Of a stretch of DNA of 28,753 bases, positions 1 to 10,791 are shown in pieces. How positions within the stretch are numbered: the stretch's first letter is position 1; each line of letters begins with the position of its first letter. Under the pieces are notes generated by a model. It ran no database searches and was not told the origin of the DNA. It worked only from the letters and a program-made list of their open reading frames with translations. The DNA is from Arcobacter sp. GTDB lineage: Bacteria > Campylobacterota > Campylobacteria > Campylobacterales > Arcobacteraceae. The position numbers and the translations under genes were made by a program. The stretch is from NCBI GenBank assembly GCA_965662175.1, contig CBFIGT010000017.1, positions 1 through 28,753 on the forward strand, read 5' to 3'.

Positions 1-391
1 TTATTACATTTCCAACTTCCTCTTTTGCTATTGTGATAATTGGGATTTCATAGATTTTCCATCTTTTTTTATCTTCATCGCTTGGTTTTACTAAATTTGG
101 CTCAATAACAATAACTCCACCATCTTTTACACCATTTTTAAACTGATCATATGAAACTTGTGCAACTGAAAGCATAAAATCTATTTCACCATCATTTGCA
201 TAAGGGTATAAAATCTCTTTATCATCAAGGGTAATATCAACAACAGTTGCACCTCCTCTTACTTGTGAGGTATAAGTTGCTGTTTTAAGACCATAGCCAC
301 CAGCTTTGATTTTAGCAGCTGCAAATATAGAGCCTGCAAGAAGTACACCTTGTCCACCAACTCCTGTAAATCTCATAAGTGTTTTTGCCAT
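1..391 (-). CDS. oorC: 2-oxoglutarate:acceptor oxidoreductase gamma subunit (partial, runs off the window start)
   Basis: Not in the ORF track. Manual translation from ATG 391-389 gives MAKTLMRFTGVGGQGVLLAG...YTSQVRGGATVVDI, the gamma-subunit GxGGQG and xVRGG motifs. Starts 3 nt after the oorB stop. Confidence 0.93.
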   Translation of the reverse strand, partial: MAKTLMRFTGVGGQGVLLAGSIFAAAKIKAGGYGLKTATYTSQVRGGATVVDITLDDKEILYPYANDGEIDFMLSVAQVSYDQFKNGVKDGGVIVIEPNLVKPSDEDKKRWKIYEIPIITIAKEEVGNVI

Positions 392-394
392 AAT

Positions 395-1234
395 TTATCC
401 TTCTAAATCTACAGTTGTATTATTTTGATGTGCTTCTTGAACTTTTTTATACATAGCTGTATACTCTTTTGCATTTTCATCTTCTTTTAAAATACCTGTT
501 GGAAATTTTCCAACTTTTTCTTCATCGCTTAATTTATCAAATTTTGGTTTTGCAAGAGTAATACTATCTATCCAATCAAGATTTTCCATTGCACTATTCA
601 TTTTGTTTTTTCTTCCAAGATTTACATGGCAATTTGAAAAAATATCAAAAAATGAGTATCCCTTATGCTCTAATCCTTTTATAAAAACTTTCTCCAGTTT
701 TTTAGGATTTAGCATACTCTCCCTAGCTACAAAAGAAGCCCCAGCTCCTATTGCTAAATTACAAGCATCAAAAGTAGGATCGATATTTCCTCTTTTTGCT
801 GTTACTGTCCACATTCCTTGTGGTGTTGTTGGGCTTGTTTGAGAGTTTGTAAGTCCATATATAAAGTTATTTACAACTATATGATTTATATCCATATTTC
901 TTCTACAACCATGAATTGTATGATTTCCACCAATTGCTAAACCATCTCCATCACCTGTTACGCAAATCACGTGTTTATCTGGATTTGCTAGTTTTATTCC
1001 TGTTGCATAAGCTATTGTTCTTCCATGGGTTGTATGAACTGTATTACAGTTTATATATGAAGAAAATCTACCTGAACATCCTATTCCTGATACTACACAA
1101 ACATCTTTCATATCCCAACCAAGAGAATCAATTGCTCTAATTAGTGCTTTTAAAATAACACCATCTCCACATCCCCAACACCATAAAGTTGGCATTTTGT
1201 TTATTCTTAAATATTTATCGTAATCAAAAGCCAT
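395..1234 (-). CDS. oorB: 2-oxoglutarate:acceptor oxidoreductase beta subunit (TPP-binding)
   Basis: WCWGCGDG, SGIGCSGR, HTTHGR and TPP-binding GDGD...NN motifs; operon position. Confidence 0.95.
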   Translation of the reverse strand: MAFDYDKYLRINKMPTLWCWGCGDGVILKALIRAIDSLGWDMKDVCVVSGIGCSGRFSSYINCNTVHTTHGRTIAYATGIKLANPDKHVICVTGDGDGLAIGGNHTIHGCRRNMDINHIVVNNFIYGLTNSQTSPTTPQGMWTVTAKRGNIDPTFDACNLAIGAGASFVARESMLNPKKLEKVFIKGLEHKGYSFFDIFSNCHVNLGRKNKMNSAMENLDWIDSITLAKPKFDKLSDEEKVGKFPTGILKEDENAKEYTAMYKKVQEAHQNNTTVDLEG

Positions 1235-1235
1235 C

Positions 1236-2363
1236 TTACATTCCTTTTATTTTTTTAATTATTTCAAGTGGAGCTATTGGTCTTCCATTTGCTTTAAAAA
1301 TAGTTTCAAAATCTAATCTTTGGCTTGCCCTTTGGATTTCTTGAATATATTGCCCCATATTAAGCTCAACTACTAATACTTTTTCAAACTTATCACATAA
1401 CTCTTTTATTTTCTTTGCAGGGCTTGGCCAAAGAGTTATTGGTCTAAAAAGTCCAACTTTTATTCCCTCATCCCTTAATCTATTTATTGCCTCTTTAGCT
1501 GAAAGAGAAACAGAACCATAAGCTATTATCATAATATCAGCATCATCTAACTCATACTCTTCATAAGACTCTATTTCATCAAGATGGGCATCAACTTTTC
1601 TAAAAAGTCTCTCTATTAAGTTTTCACACATAGTTTCATCTTCAGTTGGATGTCCATTAAAATCGTGATGAAGTCCTGTAAAGTGGTATTTGTATCCTTT
1701 AAACATAGGATTTAAAACAGCAGGTCTATCTTGTGGCACATTATATGGTTCATAATCTTCAGCTTTCCCCTCAAATAACTCTCTTGTTTTTATTTTAGTT
1801 TTAATCTCTTCTATTGTTGGAATTACAGCTTTTCCACTCATATGTCCTATTGTTTCATCAAGTAGTACAAACACAGGTTGCATAAATCTATCAGCTAGAT
1901 TAAAAGCACGTACAGTTTGGGTATAACACTCAGCTAAACTTCCAGCACATAAAGTTATAGAATTATAATCTCCATGTGTTGGAGATTTTGCTTGTAAAAC
2001 ATCACCTTGAGCTACCCGTGTTGGAAGTCCTGTTGAGGGTCCACCCCTCATAACATTTACGATTACAAGTGGGACTTCTGAAATATATGCAAGTCCTATG
2101 TTTTCAGATTTTAGTGAAATTCCAGGTCCACTTGTTGCTGTCATTGATCTTTTTCCACTCATAGAAGCTCCAATAGCAGCACAAATTCCAGCTATCTCAT
2201 CTTCCATTTGAATAGCAGCTCCGCCATTTGCTGGAAGTAAATCTGTTAATGCATGCATTATTTCACTAGATGGTGTAATAGGATAACCTGAAAAAAACTC
2301 ACACCCAGCATCAACAGCAGCAAGTGCTGATAATTCATTTCCTGTAGATATTAATTCTCTCAT
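1236..2363 (-). CDS. oorA: 2-oxoglutarate:acceptor oxidoreductase alpha subunit
   Basis: GYPITPSSEI, QMEDEI, TATSGPG and RGGPSTGLPT motifs; 375-aa short form typical of four-subunit enzymes. Confidence 0.95.
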   Translation of the reverse strand: MRELISTGNELSALAAVDAGCEFFSGYPITPSSEIMHALTDLLPANGGAAIQMEDEIAGICAAIGASMSGKRSMTATSGPGISLKSENIGLAYISEVPLVIVNVMRGGPSTGLPTRVAQGDVLQAKSPTHGDYNSITLCAGSLAECYTQTVRAFNLADRFMQPVFVLLDETIGHMSGKAVIPTIEEIKTKIKTRELFEGKAEDYEPYNVPQDRPAVLNPMFKGYKYHFTGLHHDFNGHPTEDETMCENLIERLFRKVDAHLDEIESYEEYELDDADIMIIAYGSVSLSAKEAINRLRDEGIKVGLFRPITLWPSPAKKIKELCDKFEKVLVVELNMGQYIQEIQRASQRLDFETIFKANGRPIAPLEIIKKIKGM

Positions 2364-2366
2364 ATT

Positions 2367-2681
2367 TTATCCTTGAACTCTATAGTTGTTGTTTTTTAGT
2401 TTTTCTGAACGCTGTTTTGCTTCATCTGTAAGTTTTGCAAATTTATATTCACTTTTATCAGCCACATGAATTGCAAAATCAGGACAAGATAGTTCACATT
2501 CATAACAGCCTATACAATCATCTGTTGCTATTAAATCAACCATAGAACCTAATGTTGAGCTTGGATCAGCTTTCATGGCTATTACACCAGCTGGGCAAAC
2601 AGATGCACATATATCACAAGCTTTGCATCTTGAGGTATCAATCCAAACAGCTACATTTTTTGGAGCTTCCATTATAGTCAT
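2367..2681 (-). CDS. oorD: 2-oxoglutarate:acceptor oxidoreductase delta subunit (2x[4Fe-4S] ferredoxin)
   Basis: CKACDICASVCP and CIGCYECELSCP cluster motifs; first gene of oorDABC. Confidence 0.93.
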   Translation of the reverse strand: MTIMEAPKNVAVWIDTSRCKACDICASVCPAGVIAMKADPSSTLGSMVDLIATDDCIGCYECELSCPDFAIHVADKSEYKFAKLTDEAKQRSEKLKNNNYRVQG

Positions 2682-2805
2682 TACACTCTCCTTATTTTTA
2701 TATTAAATAAAAATATTAAATTATATTTTCAATCATAACTTATAAAAGCTAAAAATTCTATATAAGATTTTATTATTTAGTTTCAAAACAAAATTAGTGA
2801 GTATT

Positions 2806-2814
2806 TGTTACAAT
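2806..2814 (+). promoter_or_regulatory. Putative extended -10 promoter (TGnTACAAT) for the methyltransferase-trpC cluster
   Basis: TGTTACAAT 25 nt upstream of the TTG start at 2840, with AAGG as a candidate RBS. Confidence 0.5.
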
Positions 2815-2839
2815 ATCAAAAAAATAAAAAAGGTCTCTT

Positions 2840-3550
2840 TTGCTTCTATACCAACCAATTGATGGCTATTGCTATAATAGTGATACTCATTTTCTTCATC
2901 ACTTTATAAATCAAAACTTAAAGGCCTTTAAAAATATAAAGGGTGAGCTTTTAGATATAGGAAGTGGAAGTGGAATTTTGGGATTATTAGTTGCTAGAGA
3001 TAATCCTAAACTAGCTTTAAATCAGTGCGAACTTCAAGATAAATTTCAAAAATTAAGTTCAATAAATAGCAATACAAATAAAATAAAATCATCACTTTTT
3101 AAGGGAAAATATCAAGATATAGAGTTTGATAAAGAGTTTGATATTTGTGTCTCAAATCCACCTTTTTATCATACAAATGTAATCAAAAGTGAAAATGAAA
3201 ATATCAAAATAGCTAGATATAATGACTCCATGCCCCTAAGAGATTTTATTGGCAAAACATCAAAAATATTAAAACAAAATGGAAAGTTCTTCTTTTGCTA
3301 TGATGTTAAGCAGATAAATGATATTATATTAACTTTAAATGAGTTTAAATTTAATATAGAATCGATGCAATTTGTACATCCAAAATCTTCCAAAGATGCT
3401 ACTTTGATTTTAGTATATGCTAGAAAAAATTCAAAATCATTGACAAAAATATTAAAACCACTTATTGTATTTGATGATAATGAATTTACAAAAGAAGTAC
3501 AAGATATTTATAAACAATCATCAACACATAGTATAAAAGTAGAAATATGA
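2840..3550 (+). CDS. SAM-dependent N6-adenine methyltransferase, tRNA1(Val) m6A37 (TrmN6/YfiC)-like
   Basis: Motif I LLDIGSGSGILG, catalytic NPPF motif, N-terminal YQP..GY.YNSD. Confidence 0.85.
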   Translation: MLLYQPIDGYCYNSDTHFLHHFINQNLKAFKNIKGELLDIGSGSGILGLLVARDNPKLALNQCELQDKFQKLSSINSNTNKIKSSLFKGKYQDIEFDKEFDICVSNPPFYHTNVIKSENENIKIARYNDSMPLRDFIGKTSKILKQNGKFFFCYDVKQINDIILTLNEFKFNIESMQFVHPKSSKDATLILVYARKNSKSLTKILKPLIVFDDNEFTKEVQDIYKQSSTHSIKVEI

Positions 3551-3930
3551 GTGAAATAATAAAAAAAGATGGCTTCCCATACTCTTTTGAGCCAAGTGCT
3601 TGTGACACTTGCCAAGGTAATTGTTGTATAGGTGAGAGCGGTTATATTTGGATAAATAAACAAGAGTGTGAAATATTAGCTAAACATTTAAAAATTAGTT
3701 TAAATGAATTAGGTCAAAAATATCTTATGAAAGTTGGATATAAATACTCTATAAGAGAAAATAGAATCAATGAAAACAATTATGCTTGTGTTTTCTTTGA
3801 TTTAGAAAAAAAACAGTGCTCAATATATGAAGCTAGACCGACTCAATGTCGAACTTTCCCTTTTTGGGACTATTTTAAAACAAACGTTAATGAGGTAAAA
3901 GAAGAGTGTCCAGCTATAAAAGATATTTAG
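3547..3930 (+). CDS. YkgJ-family cysteine-cluster protein
   Basis: CxxCxGxCC...CVFFD...CSIYEARPTQCRTFPFW...CP pattern; ATGA overlap with the upstream gene. Confidence 0.9.
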   Translation: MSEIIKKDGFPYSFEPSACDTCQGNCCIGESGYIWINKQECEILAKHLKISLNELGQKYLMKVGYKYSIRENRINENNYACVFFDLEKKQCSIYEARPTQCRTFPFWDYFKTNVNEVKEECPAIKDI

Positions 3931-5171
3931 TTTTATTAGTTTTTATATTTATAACTTCATTAAATGCAAAAAACTTAGATAATGGTTTCAATGAAGATTT
4001 ATATATCTTATATGCTTTAGAGTATGAAAAAAATGGAAATATGAATGAAGCTAGAGTTTTATATGATAAGCTTTTTTTAAATACATCAAAATATGAATAT
4101 CTTGTAAAATATCTAAGAATTTCCTTAGCCACAGGTAATTTTAAAGAGATAGTAAAGGTTAGTGAAAGATATCTAAAACAAGATATTTTAGAGCGTGAGT
4201 TGATACTAAGAATTTATTGTGTCTCTTTATTAAATTTAAGTGAAACAGACAAAGCTTTAGAAATCGCAAAAACGCTTCTAAAAGAGTATAAAAGTGCTTT
4301 AAATTATGAGGTATTAGCAAATGTATATTTTGTAAAAAAAGATTATGAAAAAGCAATATCATATTTTGAAACCTCTTATTCTATGAATAAAGACTCAAAC
4401 ACTCTTTTTAATCTTGTAAATATTTTATATGCTTATTTAAACAGAAAAGCTGAAGCTTTAGCTTATTTGGAAACCCATGTTAGGCTTTATGGTTGCGACT
4501 CTCTTGTTTGCTCTAAATTGGTATCTATTTATCAAGAACAAAATAATATAGATGGTGTAATATCTGTTTTAAAGCGTTCATTTTTAACTTTTAAAAACCA
4601 AAATGACGATAATATGGCAAATAAAACATATGAACTTTTAATAGCATATTTAGAAAAAAAAGATTTAAATGAAGCTATTAAATTTTTGGAAGAGAATAGT
4701 GTTGATGAGTTGAAACTTATTAATCTATACAAAAGAGTAAACCAAAATAACAAGGCTTTATCTTTGGCTAAAAAGCTTTATAAAGAGGATAGCAATATTG
4801 ATTTATTAGCTCAAATAGCTATTTTGGAGTTTGAGAGTGCTGATGATAAAAAGGCAGTTTTAGATTCAGTTATAAAAAAGTTTAATGATGTTTTAACAGT
4901 ATTAGATAGCCATGTTTACCAAAACTATTTGGGATATATCTTAATTGATTTTGATATTGATGTAAAAAAAGGTTTGGCCTTTGTAGAGCAAGCTTTGGAA
5001 AAAGCTCCAAATAATATAGCTTATTTAGACTCGAAAGCTTGGGCTTTATATAAACTAAAACGTTGTGATGAAGCTTATACTTTTATGAAAAAAGTTGTAG
5101 AAGAGGTTGGGGCAAATGATAGTGAGATTAAAATTCATTGGCAAAAAATTAAGGAGTGTAATAAAAAATGA
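3906..5171 (+). CDS. Exported tetratricopeptide-repeat protein
   Basis: N-terminal hydrophobic signal; helical TPR-like repeats; C-terminal NYLGY..ID / [15 protein letters not shown] signature; position before trpC as in related genomes. Confidence 0.8.
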   Translation: MSSYKRYLVLLVFIFITSLNAKNLDNGFNEDLYILYALEYEKNGNMNEARVLYDKLFLNTSKYEYLVKYLRISLATGNFKEIVKVSERYLKQDILERELILRIYCVSLLNLSETDKALEIAKTLLKEYKSALNYEVLANVYFVKKDYEKAISYFETSYSMNKDSNTLFNLVNILYAYLNRKAEALAYLETHVRLYGCDSLVCSKLVSIYQEQNNIDGVISVLKRSFLTFKNQNDDNMANKTYELLIAYLEKKDLNEAIKFLEENSVDELKLINLYKRVNQNNKALSLAKKLYKEDSNIDLLAQIAILEFESADDKKAVLDSVIKKFNDVLTVLDSHVYQNYLGYILIDFDIDVKKGLAFVEQALEKAPNNIAYLDSKAWALYKLKRCDEAYTFMKKVVEEVGANDSEIKIHWQKIKECNKK

Positions 5172-5959
5172 TTTTAGATGAGATAAATAGAAGAACTTTA
5201 GAAGATGTTGAAAAGAGAAAAAAAGATGTTCCTTTGGAGCTTTTAGGAAGAAGTTTAAGTTCAAATCCCTATGCACCAAGAGATGTAAAACCATATTTAA
5301 CAGCTACTAAAGAAGAACCAATTAGAATCATTGCTGAGGTAAAAAAAGCAAGTCCTAGCAAAGGCGTTATAAAAGAGGATTTTGACCCAATTGCAATTGC
5401 TCAAGAGTATAGTGAAAATGGTGCAAATGCAATATCTGTATTAACAGAACCTCATTGGTTTAAAGGTAATTTAGAGTATTTGACACAAATTAGAAGATAT
5501 GTTCCAACACCACTTCTAAGAAAAGATTTTATACTTGATAAATACCAAATTGTTGAGGCTTTAGTTTATGGGGCTGATTTTATTTTACTTATTGCAAAAT
5601 CTTTATCAACAAAAGATTTAAAAGAGTTATATGATTATGCTTTACATCTTGGTCTTGAAGTTTTAGTAGAGGTTCATGATAAAGAGGATTTGATGAAAGC
5701 TATGAAGTGTGGAGCTCATATAGTTGGAATAAATCATAGAAATTTAGAGACTATGCAAATGGATATGAGTTTATGTGAAAAATTAATTCCAATGATTCCA
5801 AACGGTAAAATTATAGTTGCTGAAAGTGGAGTAAGCAATACAGAAATTATCAAAAACTTAAGTGAAATTGGTGCTGATGCTTTTTTAATTGGTGAGCATT
5901 TTATGAGAGTTCCTAGTATAAAAGATGAGTTGAAAAAATTTAAAAATTCAATGAATTAA
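5168..5959 (+). CDS. trpC: Indole-3-glycerol phosphate synthase
   Basis: [31 protein letters not shown] and VAESG motifs. Confidence 0.97.
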   Translation: MILDEINRRTLEDVEKRKKDVPLELLGRSLSSNPYAPRDVKPYLTATKEEPIRIIAEVKKASPSKGVIKEDFDPIAIAQEYSENGANAISVLTEPHWFKGNLEYLTQIRRYVPTPLLRKDFILDKYQIVEALVYGADFILLIAKSLSTKDLKELYDYALHLGLEVLVEVHDKEDLMKAMKCGAHIVGINHRNLETMQMDMSLCEKLIPMIPNGKIIVAESGVSNTEIIKNLSEIGADAFLIGEHFMRVPSIKDELKKFKNSMN

Positions 5960-5960
5960 G

Positions 5961-6668
5961 ATGTTTTATCAAGTAGTTCTATTTTCACTTATAGCTGGTT
6001 CTACTGTTTTTATTGGTGGATTACTATCATATTATTTTGAAAATAGGGTACATAATAGAGTTCTAAAAGAGCTTACCTTACACTATCTTATTGCATTTGC
6101 AACAGGAATAATGATTTCAGCCATATCTTTTGTACTTGTACCAAAAGGTATGGAAAGCTTATCAATATTTTTAGCACTATTTTTATTTTTATTTGGTGGA
6201 ATAGCTTTTTATTTTATTGATTTATATATTCAAAAAAATAGGCAAAGCATGCCGCAAGTTTTAGCTATGTTGCTTGATTTTGTGCCTGAATCTATCGCAT
6301 TAGGAGCTGTTTTTGTATATGACCACAAAACAGGTATTTTACTCTCTGTTTTTATTGCACTTCAAAATTTACCCGAGTCTTTTAATTCATATTTAGAATT
6401 AAAAAGATTAAAACACTCTTCAAAAAAAGCATTATGGTTACTATTTTATTTGAGTTTTGTTGGATTGTTTTTTTCTTTGATAGGCTACTTTTTTTTAGAA
6501 GATAGTATAAATATAACTTCATCCCTAATGCTTTTTTCAGCGGGTGGAATTATGTATATAATCTTTCAAGATATAGCTCCCCTTTTACAATATAAAAAGA
6601 AAAAGACTATTGCCTTTGGTGTTAATTTAGGTTTTGTAATTGGTATGTTAGGTGAAGCTTTAGTATAA
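5961..6668 (+). CDS. ZIP-family (ZupT-like) divalent metal transporter
   Basis: Multiple transmembrane segments; LDFVPESIALG and IALQNLPES motifs resemble ZIP TM4/TM5. Confidence 0.8.
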   Translation: MFYQVVLFSLIAGSTVFIGGLLSYYFENRVHNRVLKELTLHYLIAFATGIMISAISFVLVPKGMESLSIFLALFLFLFGGIAFYFIDLYIQKNRQSMPQVLAMLLDFVPESIALGAVFVYDHKTGILLSVFIALQNLPESFNSYLELKRLKHSSKKALWLLFYLSFVGLFFSLIGYFFLEDSINITSSLMLFSAGGIMYIIFQDIAPLLQYKKKKTIAFGVNLGFVIGMLGEALV

Positions 6669-6760
6669 GCAAAACTAATAATATTTTTAACATCAAATTA
6701 ATATTATATAGCTTATAATTCAAAACAATTTATAATTTCATATTATAATAAGGAGTTGTT

Positions 6761-7303
6761 TTGAATAAAGTTTTTATTGGGATAGTTACTTTTATAATCC
6801 TATTTTTCGCTTATGGTTTCTATGAAAATAGTACAAAAAAAAGTATGAAATCAAAAAGAGTAGAGTGCCAAAATAAAACAACTACTTTTGAACAAATAAA
6901 TAAATCAAAAAATATTACATTAGCTCAGGATTTATTACAAGCTGGTAGTTATACTATTAAATCAAATATTGAGTATTCACAAATTATGCCAACAGTTTTA
7001 ATAAACTATTTTGATGTGAAAAAAGTAGATGAGTTATTGCTAAAAAATATACCTTCAAAGAAAAGTATAAATAGTGATAAAAAGCTTTTAGTAGATTATT
7101 ATATTTATGAAAATGATAAAGAAGATACAAATAAAAAGAATGATAAAGCAAAATTATATGCTGGATATTTAGTATTTGAGTTTAAGTTTGAAAATAAAAC
7201 GCTATACAAAATACAAACTGATTATATGAAACAAGATGGAAGTGATATTGAAGAGAGAATGCAGTGTGTAATCAAATCATTTCTAACAATAAAAGGAGAA
7301 TAA
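6761..7303 (+). CDS. Hypothetical protein with N-terminal membrane anchor
   Basis: 180-aa ORF, AAGGAG RBS before the TTG start, one N-terminal hydrophobic segment; no recognised motif. Confidence 0.75.
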   Translation: MNKVFIGIVTFIILFFAYGFYENSTKKSMKSKRVECQNKTTTFEQINKSKNITLAQDLLQAGSYTIKSNIEYSQIMPTVLINYFDVKKVDELLLKNIPSKKSINSDKKLLVDYYIYENDKEDTNKKNDKAKLYAGYLVFEFKFENKTLYKIQTDYMKQDGSDIEERMQCVIKSFLTIKGE

Positions 7304-7693
7304 ATGACAGAAAAAGTTTTTAAAGAGAAGTATCATATTTTTGAAATTGAGTATAAAAAAGATGAAATAAAATATAAAAGTGTAGATGAGATTATCTCAT
7401 TTTTAGAAGAAAAAATAAAAAATCATCCAGTTATTAGTTTTATATCTATTTTTGACCATTTTGCCCATACAAAGTCACTAGCTAATAGTGTGATAAATGA
7501 GAATATAATTGATGGTAAAAACATTGTATTTTGTTTTGGTGTTGAAATTCCTACACCTGAAGTTTTTGCTGTAAGACCTAGAAGTATTGGGGTTTGTGAA
7601 ACAAAAACAAGCTTTGTAATTAATTTTTTAGTAGCGCCAAATGAAACAGCAAATGATGTGATGAAAAGCTTTGTTAAGGCTATAAAAGAGTAA
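7304..7693 (+). CDS. Conserved hypothetical protein (DUF6858/DUF302-like)
   Basis: FDHFAHT, N.VFCFG and AVRPRSIGVCE motifs recalled from this family; AAGGAG RBS. Confidence 0.65.
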   Translation: MTEKVFKEKYHIFEIEYKKDEIKYKSVDEIISFLEEKIKNHPVISFISIFDHFAHTKSLANSVINENIIDGKNIVFCFGVEIPTPEVFAVRPRSIGVCETKTSFVINFLVAPNETANDVMKSFVKAIKE

Positions 7694-7709
7694 GTAGATT
7701 GGTTTAAGC

Positions 7710-8390
7710 TTATTTAAATAAGCTTGAACCAACTCTAATCATATTTGAACCACATGCAATTGCTAGTTCAAAATCTCCACTCATACCCATTGAGCAATAA
7801 ACAGCCCCAAAAGGTTTAAGTTCATCAAAGATTTTTTTACTTGTTTCAAAAGATTTTTTGATTATATCTTCATCTTCCACATGGGCGCCAATACTCATAA
7901 CACCTTTTAAGTTTATATTAGGACAAGTATCAATAATAGTTTTGTAAGTCTCAACAGCAAATTCAGGCATAAGACCTGCTTTACTCTCTTCATAAGCTGA
8001 GTTTATTTGAACTAAAGCATTTATTTTTTTACCCTTTGCTTCAAGTTTTTTATTTAACTCTTGTGCTAATTCAAGTGAATCTATTGATTGAATTAAAGTA
8101 GGATTTAAATCAATTAGATTATTGATTTTATTCTTTTGTAATCTACCAACAAAATGCCACTCTAATGGTAAATCATCAAGTTTTTCTGATTTTTCTTTTA
8201 AATCTTGAACTCTATTTTCACCATAAGCCCTTTGACCTGCATGATATAGTGTTTCAACATCACTTGCTTCACTATATTTACTAATAGCAACAATTTTTAC
8301 AATATGATGATGTGAAACTTGTAGTCTTGCAGCTTCAACTCTCTCAATCAAACTATCTAAATTTTTTACTGCTAACTCTTTTGTTAACAT
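7710..8390 (-). CDS. yggS: PLP homeostasis protein, YggS family
   Basis: VAISKY, YGENRVQ, WHFVGRLQKNK, SMGMSGDF and IRVGS motifs. Confidence 0.95.
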   Translation of the reverse strand: MLTKELAVKNLDSLIERVEAARLQVSHHHIVKIVAISKYSEASDVETLYHAGQRAYGENRVQDLKEKSEKLDDLPLEWHFVGRLQKNKINNLIDLNPTLIQSIDSLELAQELNKKLEAKGKKINALVQINSAYEESKAGLMPEFAVETYKTIIDTCPNINLKGVMSIGAHVEDEDIIKKSFETSKKIFDELKPFGAVYCSMGMSGDFELAIACGSNMIRVGSSLFK

Positions 8391-8407
8391 ATACTCTCCT
8401 AAATTCT

Positions 8408-9460
8408 CTATTTTAATAATCTATTTATATCATTATATATACCTAAAAGCATAAGGGAGGCTAGTATTACCCACCCAGCAACTGTTAGATACATAAATAC
8501 TCTATCACTTGGTTTTCTTCTTGCAATTATTTCATATAAGTTAAACATGATATGTCCACCATCAAGTGCTGGAATTGGAAGAAGATTTAAAACTCCTAAG
8601 TTAACTGAAATAAGTGCTGTAATAGAAAGTAGGGCAATAATACTAGATTGACTAGCATCTGATATTACTTTTCCAATAGTTATAACACCACCTATTTCAC
8701 TACTTGGAATAACACCCTCAATTAGTTTTTGAACACCTTTAAAAATCATTTTTGAAGATTCAATAGTTGTATCATAAGCATAAACAATAGCTTCAATAGG
8801 AGTAAAGTGTAGAGTTACAACTTTAGCAGCAGGTGCAATTCCTATCATTCTTTTTTTGATTTTTTCTTTAAAAATATTTTCACTATCATTAATTTCAGGA
8901 CGAATAATTTTACTTATTAATACCCCATCTCTTTTAATATAAAATTTTAAAGTACCTTGGGATTCTCTAATATTTTTACCTATCTCTCCCCAATGTTTTA
9001 TATCAGTATTATTTATTCTTACTATTTCATCATTTATTTGAAGTCCCGCTTTATATGCAGGTGAGTCTTTAACAACTTCTCCAATTGTAGGACTTAAGGC
9101 ATTTGCTCCAATTATTGCAATTGCAAAATATAAAATAGCTGCTAAAATAAAATTAGCAAAAGGACCTGCAAAAAGTATTACTATTCTTTGCCAAGGTTTT
9201 TTGTTATTATATGAATCATCCCCCGCTTCTACAAGTCCAGGTTTTGTATCATCTTGACCTTTCATTTTTACATATCCACCAAGTGGTACTATGGCAAATT
9301 GCCAAGTTGTACCCATCCAATCTTTAGCAAAAAGTTTTTTCCCAAATCCAATAGAAAAAACCTCTACTTTTATTCCAAAATAACGTGCCGCTAAAAAGTG
9401 CCCTAATTCATGGAAAAATACCAAAAATGAAAGTACAAGTAAAAATGTTATAGTCCCCAT
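8408..9460 (-). CDS. rseP: Site-2 intramembrane zinc metalloprotease RseP
   Basis: HELGH, PLGGYVKM, AGPFAN, PDZ-like segment, NLLPIPALDGG. Confidence 0.96.
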   Translation of the reverse strand: MGTITFLLVLSFLVFFHELGHFLAARYFGIKVEVFSIGFGKKLFAKDWMGTTWQFAIVPLGGYVKMKGQDDTKPGLVEAGDDSYNNKKPWQRIVILFAGPFANFILAAILYFAIAIIGANALSPTIGEVVKDSPAYKAGLQINDEIVRINNTDIKHWGEIGKNIRESQGTLKFYIKRDGVLISKIIRPEINDSENIFKEKIKKRMIGIAPAAKVVTLHFTPIEAIVYAYDTTIESSKMIFKGVQKLIEGVIPSSEIGGVITIGKVISDASQSSIIALLSITALISVNLGVLNLLPIPALDGGHIMFNLYEIIARRKPSDRVFMYLTVAGWVILASLMLLGIYNDINRLLK

Positions 9461-9469
9461 AACTAGTCC

Positions 9470-10012
9470 TTAATTTTTAAAATAATCTCTTGTATACTCA
9501 TATCCTGAATAAAGAGTTAATATTACCGCTAACCATAATAGTTCAGTTGCAAATGGCCAATTCATAATTAAAAAACCAATTGCAATCATTTGTACAACAG
9601 TTTTAACTTTTCCTGCCATTGTTGAGGCTACATTTTTTCCCTCAGCAACTGCAACAACTCGAAGTCCTGTAATAAAAAACTCCCTTGAAAGTATTAAAAA
9701 TACAGCCCAAGCACTAGCACGATCTATAACCATAAGACCTAAAAAACCAGCAAGTATAAGCATTTTATCAGCAAGTGGGTCTAATATTCCACCAAGTTTT
9801 GTCATTTGATTCCAGTTTCTTGCAATAAAACCATCAAAAAAATCTGTAACAGAAGCAATTACAAAGATAAGTCCAGCAAAATAATCAAACCAGCTAGGGT
9901 GCCAAGAAGAAAAAATAGAGTTATCTCTATCTATTAAAAACCATAGCATTAGCGGAGCTAATGCTATTCTAAAAAGGGCTAGGGTATTTGGTACATTTAG
10001 TGTTTTAGACAT
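9470..10012 (-). CDS. pgsA: CDP-diacylglycerol--glycerol-3-phosphate 3-phosphatidyltransferase
   Basis: CDP-alcohol phosphotransferase signature DFFDGFIAR...G.ILDPLADK. Confidence 0.95.
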   Translation of the reverse strand: MSKTLNVPNTLALFRIALAPLMLWFLIDRDNSIFSSWHPSWFDYFAGLIFVIASVTDFFDGFIARNWNQMTKLGGILDPLADKMLILAGFLGLMVIDRASAWAVFLILSREFFITGLRVVAVAEGKNVASTMAGKVKTVVQMIAIGFLIMNWPFATELLWLAVILTLYSGYEYTRDYFKN

Positions 10013-10791
10013 TATCTAAAAGTCGTCCCACCATCTACGATTAGAGTATGACCCGTAATCCAAGATGCATCACTTGTACATAAAAAGTAACAAGATTGAG
10101 CTAAGTCTTGAGGTTGACCAATTCTATTTAAAGCTGATAATTCAGCAGTTTTTTGTTTAACCTCTTCATAGTTTGTAAACGCTTTTAAAGCATCTGTATC
10201 AATTGGACCACCTGAAACAGCATTTACTCTAATATTCATAGCACCTAATTCAGTTGAAGCATATCTAACCATTGCTTCAACAGCTGCTTTATTTGTACCA
10301 TGACCTGCATAGTTTTCAATATATACTAAGTTTCCAGTTGATGATAAAGAAACAATAGCTCCACCACCAACTTTTTCCATTCTTTTTGCAGCTTGTTGTG
10401 CTCCACAAACAAAAGCATTTACAGTTGCTGTATAGATATTATTTAATCCTCTTGGTTTTAGTTTCATAAATTTACCATATCCACCAACAACAGCACGTCC
10501 ATAAATCATTGCATTTGAAATGAAGAAGTCAACCCTATCAAAATCTTTGTCTATTTCTAAAAATAGTTCTTTATACTTTTCAGGCTCTAAAATATTAAAA
10601 GGGTAACATCTACATTTTACACCAAACTTCTCTTCAACATCATTACAAATATCTTCTGCAAACTGTTTATTTGAGTTGTATGTAAAAGCTACATTTACAC
10701 CATTACTAGCAAATTTGTAAACACACTCTTTTCCTATACCTTTTGTACCACCAGAGATAACTAGTGTTTTTCCCTTCATTTCATTACTCAT
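10012..10791 (-). CDS. SDR-family oxidoreductase, enoyl-ACP reductase (FabL-like) / 7-alpha-HSDH-like
   Basis: SGGTKGIG nucleotide-binding motif, Y-x6-K (YAGHGTNK) catalytic spacing, ITGHTLIVDGG. Confidence 0.85.
   Translation of the reverse strand: MSNEMKGKTLVISGGTKGIGKECVYKFASNGVNVAFTYNSNKQFAEDICNDVEEKFGVKCRCYPFNILEPEKYKELFLEIDKDFDRVDFFISNAMIYGRAVVGGYGKFMKLKPRGLNNIYTATVNAFVCGAQQAAKRMEKVGGGAIVSLSSTGNLVYIENYAGHGTNKAAVEAMVRYASTELGAMNIRVNAVSGGPIDTDALKAFTNYEEVKQKTAELSALNRIGQPQDLAQSCYFLCTSDASWITGHTLIVDGGTTFR

Noticed and set aside
603..1140. Short + strand ORFs 603-842 and 916-1140
   Set aside because: Antisense shadows inside oorB with no recognisable motifs.
3914..5294. Four short minus-strand ORFs
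   Set aside because: Antisense to the TPR gene and trpC, with F/L/S-rich composition typical of reverse-complemented AT-rich coding DNA.
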